From Eledone cirrhosa (Eukaryota), in NCBI GenBank assembly GCA_964016885.1, contig OZ024742.1:4836001-4900000 (forward strand): a DNA stretch of 64,000 bases. Reading direction: 5' to 3'. Of the stretch, positions 15,001-28,311 are shown one piece after another. The notes below the pieces were generated by a model. That model saw only the letters and a list, made by a program, of their open reading frames with translations, did no database searches and was not told where the DNA came from. Position 1 is the stretch's first letter; each line of letters begins with the position of its first letter. A program made the position numbers and the translations under genes.

Positions 15001-18000
15001 AGTTAGACAACATATAGTAATGTGCTATAGTGGCCTTATATCTTTGTAGTTAGACAACATATAGTAATGTGCTATAGTGGTTTGATATCACTGTAGTTAG
15101 ACTACATATAGTAATGTGCTATAGTGGTTTGATATCTCTGTAGTTAGACAACATATAGTAATGTGCTATAGTGGTCTGATATCTCTGTAGTTAGACTACA
15201 TATAATGATGTGCTAGAGTGGTTTGATATCTCTGTAGTTAGAAAACATAAAGTAATGTGCTATAGTGGCCTTATATCTTTGTAGTTAGACAACATATAGT
15301 AATGTGCTATAGTGGTTTGATATCTCTGTAGTTAGACAACATATAGTAATGTGCTATAGTGGCCTGATAACTCTGTAGTTAGACAAAATATAGTAATGTG
15401 CTATAGTGGTTTGATATCTCTGTAGTTAGACTACATATAGTAATGTGCTATAGTGGTTTGATATCTCTGTAGTTAGACTACATATAGTAATGTGCTATAG
15501 TGGTTTTATATCTCTGTAGTTAGACTACATATAATAATGTGCTGTACTGGTATGATATCTCTGTAGTTAGACAACATATAGTAATGTGCTATAGTGGTTT
15601 GATATCTCTGTAGTTAGACAACATATAGTAATGTGCTATAGTGGCCTGATATCTCTGCAATTAGACAACATATAATAATGTGCTATAGTGGTCTGTTATT
15701 TCTCTGTAGTTAGACAAAATATAGAAATGTGCTATAGTGGTCTGATATCTCTCTAGTTAGACTACATATAGTAATACGCTATAGTGGTTTGATATCTCTG
15801 TAGTTAGACTACATATAGTAATGTGCTATAGTGGTTTTATATCTCTGTAGTTAGACTACGTATAGTAATGTGCTATAGTGGTATGATATCTCTGTAGTTA
15901 GACAACATATAGTAATATGCTATAGTGGTTTGATATCTCTGTAGTTAGACAAAATATAGTAATGTGCTATAGTGGCCTGATATCTCTGTAGTTAGACTAC
16001 ATATAGTAATGTGCTATAGTGGTCTGATATCTCTGTAGTTAGACACACATATAGTAATGTGCTATAATGGTCTGATTTCCCTGTAGTTAGACAACATATA
16101 GTAATGTGCTATAGTGGTCTTATTTCTCTGTAGTTAGACAACATATAGTAATGTGCTATAGTGGTCTGATTTCTCTGTAGTTAGACAATATATAGTAATG
16201 TGCTATAGTGGCCTGATATCTCTGTAGTTAGACTACATATAGTAATGTGCTATAGTGGTCTGATATCTCTGTAGTTAGACAACATATAGTAATGTGCTAT
16301 AGTGGTTTGATATCTCTGTAGTTAGACAACATATAGTAATGTGCTATAGTGGCCTGATATCTCTGTAGTTAGACTACATATAGTAATGTGCTATAGTGGT
16401 CTGATATCTCTGTAGTTAGACAACATATAGTAATGTGCTATAGTGGTTTGATATCTCTATAGTTAGACTACATATAGTAATGTGCTATAGTGGTCTGATA
16501 TCTCTGTAGTTAGACAACATATAGTAATGTGCTATAGTGGCCTTATATCTTTGTAGTTAGACAACATATAGTAATGTGCTATAGTGGTTTGATATCACTG
16601 TAGTTAGACTACATATAGTAATGTGCTATAGTGGTCTGATATCTCTGTAGTTAGACAACATATAGTAATGTGCTATAGTGGTCTTATTTCTCTGTAGTTA
16701 GACAACATATAGTAATGTGCTATAGTGGCCTGATATCTCTGTAGTTAGACTACATATAGTAATGTGCTATAGTGGTCTGATATCTCTGTAGTTAGACTAC
16801 ATATAGTAATGTGCTATAGTGGTCTGATATCTCTGTAGTTAGACACACATATAGTAATGTGCTATAATGGTCTGATTTCCCTGTAGTTAGACAGCATATA
16901 GTAATGTGCTATAGTGGTCTTATTTCTCTGTAGTTAGACAACATATAGTAATGTGCTATAGTGGTCTGATTTCTCTGTAGTTAGACAATATATAGTAATG
17001 TGCTATAGTGGCCTGATAACTCTGTAGTTAGACAACATATAGTAATGTGCTATAGTTGTTTGATATCTCTGTAGTTAGACTACATATAGTAATGTGCTAT
17101 AGTGGTTTGATATCTCTGTAGTTAGACTACATATAGTAATGTGCTATAGTGGTTTGATATCTCTGTAGTTAGACAACATATAGTAATGTGCTATAGTGGC
17201 CTGATATCTCTGCAATTAGACAACATATAGTAATGTGCTATAGTGGTCTGTTATTTCTCTGTAGTTAGACAAAATATAGAAATGTGCTATAGTGGTCTGA
17301 TATCTCTCTAGTTAGACTACATATAGTAATACGCTATAGTGGTTTGATATCTCTGTAGTTAGACAACATATAGTAATGTGCTATAGTGGTCTGATATCTC
17401 TGTAGTTAGCCTACATATAATAATGTGCTAGAGTGGTTTGATATCTCTGTATTTAGAAAACATAAAGTAATGTGCTATAGTGGTTTGATATCCCTCTGGT
17501 TAGACTACATATCCTAATGTGCTATAGTGGTCTGATATCTCTGTAGTTAGACAACATATAGTAATGTGCTATAGTGGTCTGATATTATCTGTAGTTAGAC
17601 AACATACAGTAACGTGCTATAGTGGCCTGATATCTCTGTAGTTAGACTACATATAGTAATGTGCTATAGTGGTTTGATATCTCTGTAGTTAGACTACATA
17701 TAGTAATGTGCTATAGTCGTATGATATCTCTGTAGTTAGACTACATATAGTAATGTGCTATAGTGGTTCGATATCTCTGTAGTTAGACTACATATAGTAA
17801 TGTGCTATAGTGGTTTGATATCTCTCTGGTTAGACTACATATCCTAATGTGCTATAGTGGTCTGATATCTCTGTAGTTAGACAACATATAGTAATGTGCT
17901 ATAGTGGTCTGATATCTCTGTAGTTAGACAACATATAGTAACGTGCTATAGTGGCCTGATATCTCTGTAGTTAGACTACATATAGTAATGTGCTATAGTG

Positions 18001-21000
18001 GTCTGATATCTCTGTAGTTAGACAACATATAGTAATGTGCTATAGTTGTCTGATATCTCTGTAGTTAGACAACATATAGTAATGTGCTGTAGTGGCCTGA
18101 TATCTCAGTAGTTAGACTACATATAGTAATGTGCTATAGTTGTTTGATATCTCTATAGTTAGACTACATATAGTAATGTGCTATAGTGGTCTGATATCTC
18201 TGTAGTTAGACAACATATAGTAATGTGCTATAGTGGCCTTATATCTTTGTAGTTAGACAACATATAGTAATGTGCTATAGTGGTTTGATATCACTGTAGT
18301 TAGACTACATATAGTTATGTGCTATAGTGGTTTGATATCTCTGTAGTTAGACAACATATAGTAATGTGCTATAGTGGTCTGATATCTCTGTAGTTAGACT
18401 ACATATAATGATGTGCTAGAGTGGTTTGATATCTCTGTAGTTAGAAAACATAAAGTAATGTGCTATAGTGGCCTTATATCTTTGTAGTTAGACAACATAT
18501 AGTAATGTGCTATAGTGGTTTGATATCTCTGTAGTTAGACAACATATAGTAATGTGCTATAGTGGCCTGATAACTCTGTAGTTAGACAAAATATAGTAAT
18601 GTGCTATAGTGGTTTGATATCTCTGTAGTTAGACTACATATAGTAATGTGCTATAGTGGTTTGATATCTCTGTAGTTAGACTACGTATAGTAATGTGCTA
18701 TAGTGGTATGATATCTCTGTAGTTAGACAACATATAGTAATGTGCTATAGTGGTTTGATATCTCTGTAGTTAGACAAAATATAGTAATGTGCTATAGTGG
18801 CCTGATATCTCTGTAGTTAGACTACATATACTAATGTGCTATAGTGGTCTGATATCTCTGTAGTTAGACAACATATAGTAATGTGCTATAATGGTCTGAT
18901 TTCCCTGTAGTTAGACAACATATAGTAATGTGCTATAGTGGTCTTATTTCTCTGTAGTTAGACAACATATAGTAATGTGCTATAGTGGTCTGATTTCTCT
19001 GTAGTTAGACAATATATAGTAATGTGCTATAGTGGCCTGATATCTCTGTAGTTAGACTACATATAGTAATGTGCTATAGTGGTCTGATATCTCTGTAGTT
19101 AGACAACATATAGTAATGTGCTATAGTGGTTTGATATCTCTGTAGTTAGACAACATATAGTAATGTGCTATAGTGGCCTGATATCTCTGTAGTTAGACTA
19201 CATATAGTAATGTGCTATAGTGGTCTGATATCTCTGTAGTTAGACAACATGTAGTAATGTGCTATAGTGGTTTGATATCTCTATAGTTAGACTACATATA
19301 GTAATGTGCTATAGTGGTCTGATATCTCTGTAGTTAGACAACATATAGTAATGTGCTATAGTGGCCTTATATCTTTGTAGTTAGACAACATATAGTAATG
19401 TGCTATAGTGGTTTGATATCACTGTAGTTAGACTACATATAATAATGTGCTATAGTGGTCTGATATCTCTGTAGTTAGACAACATATAGTAATGTGCTAT
19501 AGTGGCCTGATAACTCTGTAGTTAGACAACATATAGTAATGTGCTATAGTTGTTTGATATCTCTGTAGTTAGACTACATATAGTAATGTGCTATAGTGGT
19601 TTGATATCTCTGTAGTTAGACAACATATAGTAATGTGCTATAGTGCCCTGATATCTCTGCAATTAGACAACATATAGTAATGTGCTATAGTGGTCTGTTA
19701 TTTCTCTGTAGTTAGACAAAATATAGAAATGTGCTATAGTGGTCTGATATCTCTCTAGTTAGACTACATATAGTAATACGCTATAGTGGTTTGATATCTC
19801 TGTAGTTAGACAACATATAGTAATGTGCTATAGTGGTCTGATATCTCTGTAGTTAGCCTACATATAATAATGTGCTAGAGTGGTTTGATATCTCTGTATT
19901 TAGAAAACATAAAGTAATGTGCTATAGTGGTTTGATATCTCTCTGGTTATACTACATATCCTAATGTGCTATAGTGGTCTGATATCTCTGTAGTTAGACA
20001 ACATATAGTAATGTGCTATAGTGGTCTGATATTATCTGTAGTTAGACAACATATAGTAACGTGCTATAGTGGCCTGAACATCTCTGTAGTTAGACTACAT
20101 ATAGTAATGTGCTATAGTGGTTTGATATCTCTGTAGTTAGACTACATATAGTAATGTGCTATAGTCGTATGATATCTCTGTAGTTAGACTACATATAGTA
20201 ATGTGCTATAGTGGTTCGATATCTCTGTAGTTAGACTACATATAGTAATGTGCTATAGTGGTTTGATATCTCTCTGGTTAGACTACATATCCTAATGTGC
20301 TATAGTGGTCTGATATCTCTGTAGTTAGACAACATATAGTAATGTGCTATAGTGGTCTGATATCTCTGTAGTTAGACAACATATAGTAACGTGCTATAGT
20401 GGCCTGATATCTCTGTAGTTAGACTACATATAGTAATGTGCTATAGTTGTCTGATATCTCTGTAGTTAGACAACATATAGTAATGTGCTGTAGTGGCCTG
20501 ATATCTCAGTAGTTAGACTACATATAGTAATGTGCTATAGTTGTTTGATATCTCTATAGTTAGACTACATATAGTAATGTGCTATAGTGGTCTGATATCT
20601 CTGTAGTTAGACAACATATAGTAATGTGCTATAGTGGCCTTATATCTTTGTAGTTAGACAACATATAGTAATGTGCTATAGTGGTTTGATATCACTGTAG
20701 TTAGACTACATATAGTAATGTGCTATAGTGGTTTGATATCTCTGTAGTTAGACAACATATAGTAATGTGCTATAGTGGTCTGATATCTCTGTAGTTAGAC
20801 TACATATAATGATGTGCTAGAGTGGTTTGATATCTCTGTAGTTAGAAAACATAAAGTAATGTGCTATAGTGGCCTTATATCTTTGTAGTTAGACAACATA
20901 TAGTAATGTGCTATAGTGGTTTGATATCTCTGTAGTTAGACAACATATAGTAATGTGCTATAGTGGCCTGATAACTCTGTAGTTAGACAAAATATAGTAA

Positions 21001-24000
21001 TGTGCTATAGTGGTTTGATATCTCTGTAGTTAGACTACATATAATAATGTGCTGTACTGGTATGATATCTCTGTAGTTAGACAACATATAGTAATGTGCT
21101 ATAGTGGTTTGATATCTCTGTAGTTAGACAACATATAGTAATGTGCTATAGTGGCCTGATATCTCTGCAATTAGACAACATATAATAATGTGCTATAGTG
21201 GTCTGTTATTTCTCTGTAGTTAGACAAAATATAGAAATGTGCTATAGTGGTCTGATATCTCTCTAGTTAGACTACATATAGTAATACGCTATAGTGGTTT
21301 GATATCTCTGTAGTTAGACTACATATAGTAATGTGCTATAGTGGTTTGATATCTCTGTAGTTAGACTACGTATAGTAATGTGCTATAGTGGTATGATATC
21401 TCTGTAGTTAGACAACATATAGTAATGTGCTATAGTGGTTTGATATCTCTGTAGTTAGACAAAATATAGTAATGTGCTATAGTGGTCTGATATCTCTGTA
21501 GTTAGACTACATATAGTAATGTGCTATAGTGGTCTGATATCTCTGTAGTTAGACAACATATAGTAATGTGCTATAATGGTCTGATTTCCCTGTAGTTAGA
21601 CAACATATAGTAATGTGCTATAGTGGTCTTATTTCTCTGTAGTTAGACAACATATAGTAATGTGCTATAGTGGTCTGATTTCTCTGTAGTTAGACAATAT
21701 ATAGTAATGTGCTATAGTGGCCTGATATCTCTGTAGTTAGACTACATATAGTAATGTGCTATAGTGGTCTGATATCTCTGTAGTTAGACAACATATAGTA
21801 ATGTGCTATAGTGGTTTGATATCTCTGTAGTTAGACAACATATAGTAATGTGCTATAGTGGCCTGATATCTCTGTAGTTAGACTACATATAGTAATGTGC
21901 TATAGTGGTCTGATATCTCTGTAGTTAGACAACATATAGTAATGTGCTATAGTGGTTTGATATCTCTATAGTTAGACTACATATAGTAATGTGCTATAGT
22001 GGTCTGATATCTCTGTAGTTAGACAACATATAGTAATGTGCTATAGTGGCCTTATATCTTTGTAGTTAGACAACATATAGTAATGTGCTATAGTGGTTTG
22101 ATATCACTGTAGTTAGACTACATATAGTAATGTGCTATAGTGGTCTGATATCTCTGTAGTTAGACAACATATAGTAATGTGCTATAGTGGCCTGATAACT
22201 CTGTAGTTAGACAACATATAGTAATGTGCTATAGTTGTTTGATATCTCTGTAGTTAGACTACATATAGTAATGTGCTATAGTGGTTTGATGTCTCTGTAG
22301 TTAGACTACATATAGTAATGTGCTATAGTGGTTTGATATCTCTGTAGTTAGACAACATATAGTAATGTGCTATAGTGCCCTGATATCTCTGCAATTAGAC
22401 AACATATAGTAATGTGCTATAGTGGTCTGTTATTTCTCTGTAGTTAGACAAAATATAGAAATGTGCTATAGTGGTCTGATATCTCTCTAGTTAGACTACA
22501 TATAGTAATACGCTATAGTGGTTTGATATCTCTGTAGTTAGACAACATATAGTAATGTGCTATAGTGGTCTGATATCTCTGTAGTTAGCCTACATATAAT
22601 AATGTGCTAGAGTGGTTTGATATCTCTGTATTTAGAAAACATAAAGTAATGTGCTATAGTGGTTTGATATCTCTCTGGTTAGACTACATATAGTAATGTG
22701 CTATAGTGGTTTGATATCTCTGTAGTTAGACTACATATAGTAATGTGCTATAGTCGTATGATATCTCTGTAGTTAGACTACATATAGTAATGTGCTATAG
22801 TGGTTCGATATCTCTGTAGTTAGACTACATATAGTAATGTGCTATAGTGGTATGATATCGCTGTAGTTAGACTACATATGGTAATGTGCTATAGTGGTTT
22901 GATATCTCTGTAGTTAGACTACATATAGTAATGTGCTAGAGTGGTTTGATATCTCTGTAGTTAGACAACATATAGTAATGTGCTATAGTGGTCTGATATC
23001 TCTGTAGTTAGACTACATATAATGATGTGCTAGAGTGGTTTGATATCTCTGTAGTTAGAAAACATAAAGTAATGTGCTATAGTGGTTTGATATCTCTATA
23101 GTTAGACTACATATAGTAATGTGCTATAGTGGTCTGATATCTCTGTAGTTAGACAACATATAGTAATGTGCTATAGTGGCCTTATATCTTTGTAGTTAGA
23201 CAACATATAGTAATGTGCTATAGTGGTTTGATATCACTGTAGTTAGACTACATATAGTAATGTGCTATAGTGGCCTGATATCTCAGTAGTTAGACTACAT
23301 ATAGTAATGTGCTATAGTGGTCTGATATCTCTCTAGTTAGACTACATATAGTAATACGCTATAGTGGTTTGATATCTCTGTAGTTAGACTACATATAGTA
23401 ATGTGCTATAGTGGTTTGATATCTCTGTAGTTAGACTACGTATAGTAATATGCTATAGTGGTATGATATCTCTGTAGTTAGACAACATATAGTAATGTGC
23501 TATAGTGGTTTGATATCTCTGTAGTTAGACAACATATAGTAATGTGCTATATTGGCCTGATATCTCTGTAGTTAGACTACATATAGTAATGTGCTATAGT
23601 GGTCTGATATCTCTGTAGTTAGACAACATATAGTAATGTGCTATAGTGGTCTGATTTCTCTGTAGTTAGACAACATATAGTAATGTGCTATAGTGGTCTT
23701 ATTTCTCTGTAGTTAGACAACATATAGTAATGTGCTATAGTGGTCTGATTTCTCTGTAGTTAGACAACATATAATAATGTGCTATAGTGGCCTGATATCT
23801 CTGTAGTTAGACTACATATAGTAATGTGCTATAGTGGCCTGATATCTCTATAGTTAGACTACATATAGTAATGTGCTATAGTGGTCTGATTTCTCTGTAG
23901 TTAGACAACATATAGTAATGTGCTATAGTGGCCTGATATCTCTGTAGTTAGACTACATATAGTAATGTGCTATAGTGGTCTGATATCTCTGTAGTTAGAC

Positions 24001-26664
24001 AACATATAGTAATGTGCTATAGTGGTTTGATATCTCTGTAGTTAGACAACATATAGTAATGTGCTATAGTGGCCTGATATCTCTGTAGTTAGACTACATA
24101 TAGTAATGTGCTATAGTGGTCTGATATCTCTGTAGTTAGACTACATATAGTAATGTGCTATAGTGGTTTGATATCTCTGTAGTTAGACTACATATAATGA
24201 TGTGCTAGAGTGGTTTGATATCTCTGTAGTTAGAAAACATAAAGTAATGTGCTATAGTGGTTTGATATCTCTCTGGTTAGACTACATATCCTAATGTGCT
24301 ATAGTGGTCTGATATCTCTGTAGTTAGACAACATATAGTAATGTGCTATAGTGCTCTGATATCTCTGTAGTTAGACAACATATAGTAATGTGCTATAGTG
24401 GCCTGATATCTCAGTAGTTAGACTACATATAGTAATGTGCTATAGTTGTTTGATATCTCTATAGTTAGACTACATATAGTAATGTGCTATAGTGGTCTGA
24501 TATCTCTGTAGTTAGACAACATATAGTAATGTGCTATAGTGGCCTTATATCTTTGTAGTTAGACAACATATAGTAATGTGCTATAGTTGCTTGATATCAC
24601 TGTAGTTAGACTACATATAGTAATGTGCTATAGTGGTCTGATATCTCTGTAGTTACACAACATATAGTAATGTGCTATAGTGGCCTGATAACTCTGTAGT
24701 TAGACAACATATAGTAATGTGCTATAGTTGTTTGATATCTCTGTAGTTAGACTACATATAGTAATGTGCTATAGTGGTTTGATATCTCTGTAGTTAGACT
24801 ACATATAGTAATGTGCTATAGTGGTTTGATATCTCTGTAGTTAGACTACATATAATAATGTGCTATACTGGTATGATATCTCTGTAGTTAGACAACATAT
24901 ATTAATGTGCTATAGTGGTTTGATATCTCTGTAGTTAGACAACATATAGTAATGTGCTATAGTGGCCTGATATCTCTGCAATTAGACAACATATAGTAAT
25001 GTGCTATAGTGGTCTGTTATTTCTCTGTAGTTAGACAAAATATAGAAATGTGCTATAGTGGTCTGATATCTCTCTAGTTAGACTACATATAGTAATACGC
25101 TATAGTGGTTTGATATCTCTGTAGTTAGACTACATATAGTAATGTGCTATAGTGGTTTGATATCTCTGTAGTTAGACTACATATAGTAATGTGCTATAGT
25201 GGTATGATATCTCTGTAGTTAGACAACATATAGTAATGTGCTATAGTGGTTTGATATCTCTGTAGTTAGACAACATATAGTAATGTGCTATAGTGGCCTG
25301 ATATCTCTGTAGTTAGACTACATATAGTAATGTGCTATAGTGGTCTGATATCTCTGTAGTTAGACAACATATAGTAATGTGCTATAGTGGTCTGATTTCT
25401 CTGTAGTTAGACAACATATAGTAATGTGCTATAGTGGTCTGATTTCTCTGTAGTTAGACAACATATAGTAATGTGCTATAGTGGTCTGATTTCTCTGTAG
25501 TTAGACAACATATAGTAATGTGCTATAGTGGCCTGATATCTCTGTAGTTAGACTACATATAGTAATGTGCTATAGTGGCCTGATATCTCTATAGTTAGAC
25601 TACATATAGTAATGTGCTATAGTGGTCTGATTTCTCTGTAGTTAGACAACATATAGTAATGTGCTATAGTGGCCTGATATCTCTGTAGTTAGACTACATA
25701 TAGTAATGTGCTATAGTGGTCTGATATCTCTGTAGTTAGACAACATATAGTAATGTGCTATAGTGGTTTGATATCTCTGTAGTTAGACAACATATAGTAA
25801 TGTGCTATAGTGGCCTGATATCTCTGTAGTTAGACTACATATAGTAATGTGCTAGAGTGGTTTGATATCTCTGTAGTTAGACAACATATAGTACTGTGCT
25901 ATAGTGGTCTGATATCTCTGTAGTTAGACTACATATAATGATGTGCTAGAGTGGTTTGATATCTCTGTAGTTAGAAAACAAAAAGTAATGTGCTATAGTG
26001 GTTTGATATCTCTCTGGTTAGACTACATATCCTAATGTGCTATAGTGGTCTTATATCTCTGTAGTTAGACAACATATACTAATGTGCTATAGTGGTCTGA
26101 TATCTCTATAGTTAGACAACATATAGTAATGTGCTATAGTGGCCTGATATCTCAGTAGTTAGACTACATATAGTAATGTGCTATAGTTGTTTGATATCTC
26201 TATAGTTAGACTACATATAGTAATGTGCTATAGTGGTCTGATATCTCTGTAGTTAGACAACATATAGTAATGTGCTATAGTGGCCTTATATCTTTGTAGT
26301 TAGACAACATATAGTAATGTGCTATAGTTGTTTGATATCACTGTAGTTAGACTACATATAGTAATGTGCTATAGTGGTCTGATATCTCTGTAGTTAGACA
26401 ACATATAGTAATGTTCTATAGTGGTTTGATATCACTGTAGTTAGACTACATGTAGTAATGTGCTAGAGTGTTTTGATACCTCTGTAGTTAGACAACATAT
26501 AGTAATGTGCTATAGTGGTCTGATACCTCTGTAGTTAGACAACATATAGTAATGTGCTATAGTGGTTTGATACTTCTGTAGTTAGACAACATATAGTAAT
26601 TTGCTATAGTGGTTTGATATCTCTGTAGTTAGACAACATATAGTAATTTGCTATAGTGATTTGA
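1..26664. repeat. 47-bp tandem satellite array (~567 copies; continues beyond the left edge of the window)
   Basis: Unit GTTAGAC(T/A)ACATATAGTAATGTGCTATAGTGG(T/C)(C/T/A)TGATATCTCTGTA repeats with period 47 (positions 1, 48, 95...). The track shows no ORF here and no TE or microsatellite insertion is visible. The array ends at ...ctatagtgatttga. Confidence 0.99.
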
Positions 26665-27139
26665 GTAACAGGACTCACTGTTTAGCCTTAATAACACGAA
26701 TATTTAAACTCTGCTTCTGTATTGAGTACTCTTTTCTCTTGACTGTCAGTTGAATACGGATATATATATGTGTGTGTATATATATATATATATATGTGTG
26801 TGTGTATGTGTCGTTGTGTGTGTACACCAACCTACATGTATTAACCCATTTGCTCTCCTATCCAACTCACTCTCTCTCTTCCACCTCCCCGCCATCCTCA
26901 TATCAATAAACTCAGTGTTGTAGAAAACCATCAATGGGACACATATAAACACCATTTCATCAAATGTTATATAATATTAATTCTGTTATGGACAAAGAAC
27001 CTATATTAATGACGCTCTCTCCACTAATTTCCCACTAATTCAACCGACTTTTCAATACCTCCTCTTAAGTACCTCATTCAAGGAATCAGAATTATTATTG
27101 AGCCACTGTTCAATCGTGTATAGACGCCACCTCTATATC

Positions 27140-27232
27140 ACACCACACTGCCCCCACCACACCACGCCCCACCCATCACACCACACTGCCTCACCACACC
27201 ACACCACACCACACCCACTACACCACACCCAC
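27140..27232. repeat. (CACCA/CACAC)n low-complexity repeat
   Basis: Degenerate caccacac units read directly. Confidence 0.8.
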
Positions 27233-27524
27233 TATCAATGGAAATGTTGAAATGCCTTTACATTACAGACTTTTACTCCTTTCTAATTGGAAATTCTTAA
27301 ACAAGCGACATAATTATATTAAATTCTTTTCACTATTTGTCACAGAATATTTATAGCAAAGTTGTCTTGGTTCATTTTTTGTTTTGTTTGTTTGTTTATT
27401 GTTGTTTTTGTTTTCATTTCTATCATTTTACCGCTTCCAGAAATATTGGTCAGTTTTGATGAGGAACAAAGCTGCCAATGTTTCGACTTTTATAACCAAT
27501 TAATTTTAGACCAATACATGTCAA

Positions 27525-27660
27525 GACGCGTGACCTTCAAGTCAGTTTGTTGGACTTATGATCATAAGGTTTTTGGTTCGATTCCTTCATTGAGCCGTGT
27601 GTTGTGTTCTTGATATGACAGGGGACCTCCTACGAAATGTAACCTCGAAAGGGCGCAGAA
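27525..27660 (+). mobile_element. Decayed tRNA-derived SINE fragment
   Basis: B-box-like GGTTCGATTCC followed by gtgttgtgttcttga, similar to the copy at 49355-49620. Confidence 0.55.
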
Positions 27661-27690
27661 AAACGTACTTAGGTGTGAAATAATGCAACA

Positions 27691-27776
<86 letters not shown>

Positions 27777-27888
27777 GTTTGAATATGTATAATAAAGCCA
27801 AAACAATGCAGGTATGGACATAGAAAAAAGAATGCAATTGCAAAAGATATTGTTGACAATTCGTCTTTTACCTTAGATTTATTTTAAA

Positions 27889-27930
27889 GGTCCTTAATTT
27901 TCGAGATAATATCTCTTCTTCAGAGGGAAT
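27889..27930 (-). ncRNA. Minimal type I hammerhead ribozyme motif in family A pLTR (intact core)
   Basis: Minus strand reads ccct-CUGAAGA-A-GAGAU(auu)AUCUC-GAA-AAUU-A-agg: core boxes, 5-bp stem II, palindromic AAUU stem III, UUA site, 3-bp stem I. Confidence 0.75.
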
Positions 27931-28311
27931 TAAAGGTCTCAAACCAGCGTTCTAAATATCTTGCCAAGCCATGCTGACAGGAAATAGTATAGAGTATCTG
28001 TTCTATCTCTAATGTCAAAGAGTTAAAATTAGGTGGATAAAGAGTAGTCTCCCTTTAAAAGGGGTTTGTTTAGGGTTTTTTTTTTATATACATGCCTGTT
28101 TAAGTGTGTGGGAGAATGCATGAAGGTGTAAGTATGTGAGTGTGTGTGTGTGAGTGTGAGAAGATAAGTATATTCGTAAATGTGGGGGATAGGTGTTATC
28201 TGGTGTTAGAACTGGTTTTGTGTGTGTATGTGTGAGAGAGAATAAGTGGAGGTGTAAGCGTGTGTGTGTGTGCGTGCGTGTGTATGGGGTGTGTAAATAT
28301 GGGGCTAGAAG

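Noticed and set aside
1-26664. CRISPR array or hammerhead-encoding satellite
   Set aside because: Units are contiguous with no unique spacers and there are no cas genes. CTGATAT is not CUGANGA and the consensus has no GAAA box on either strand.
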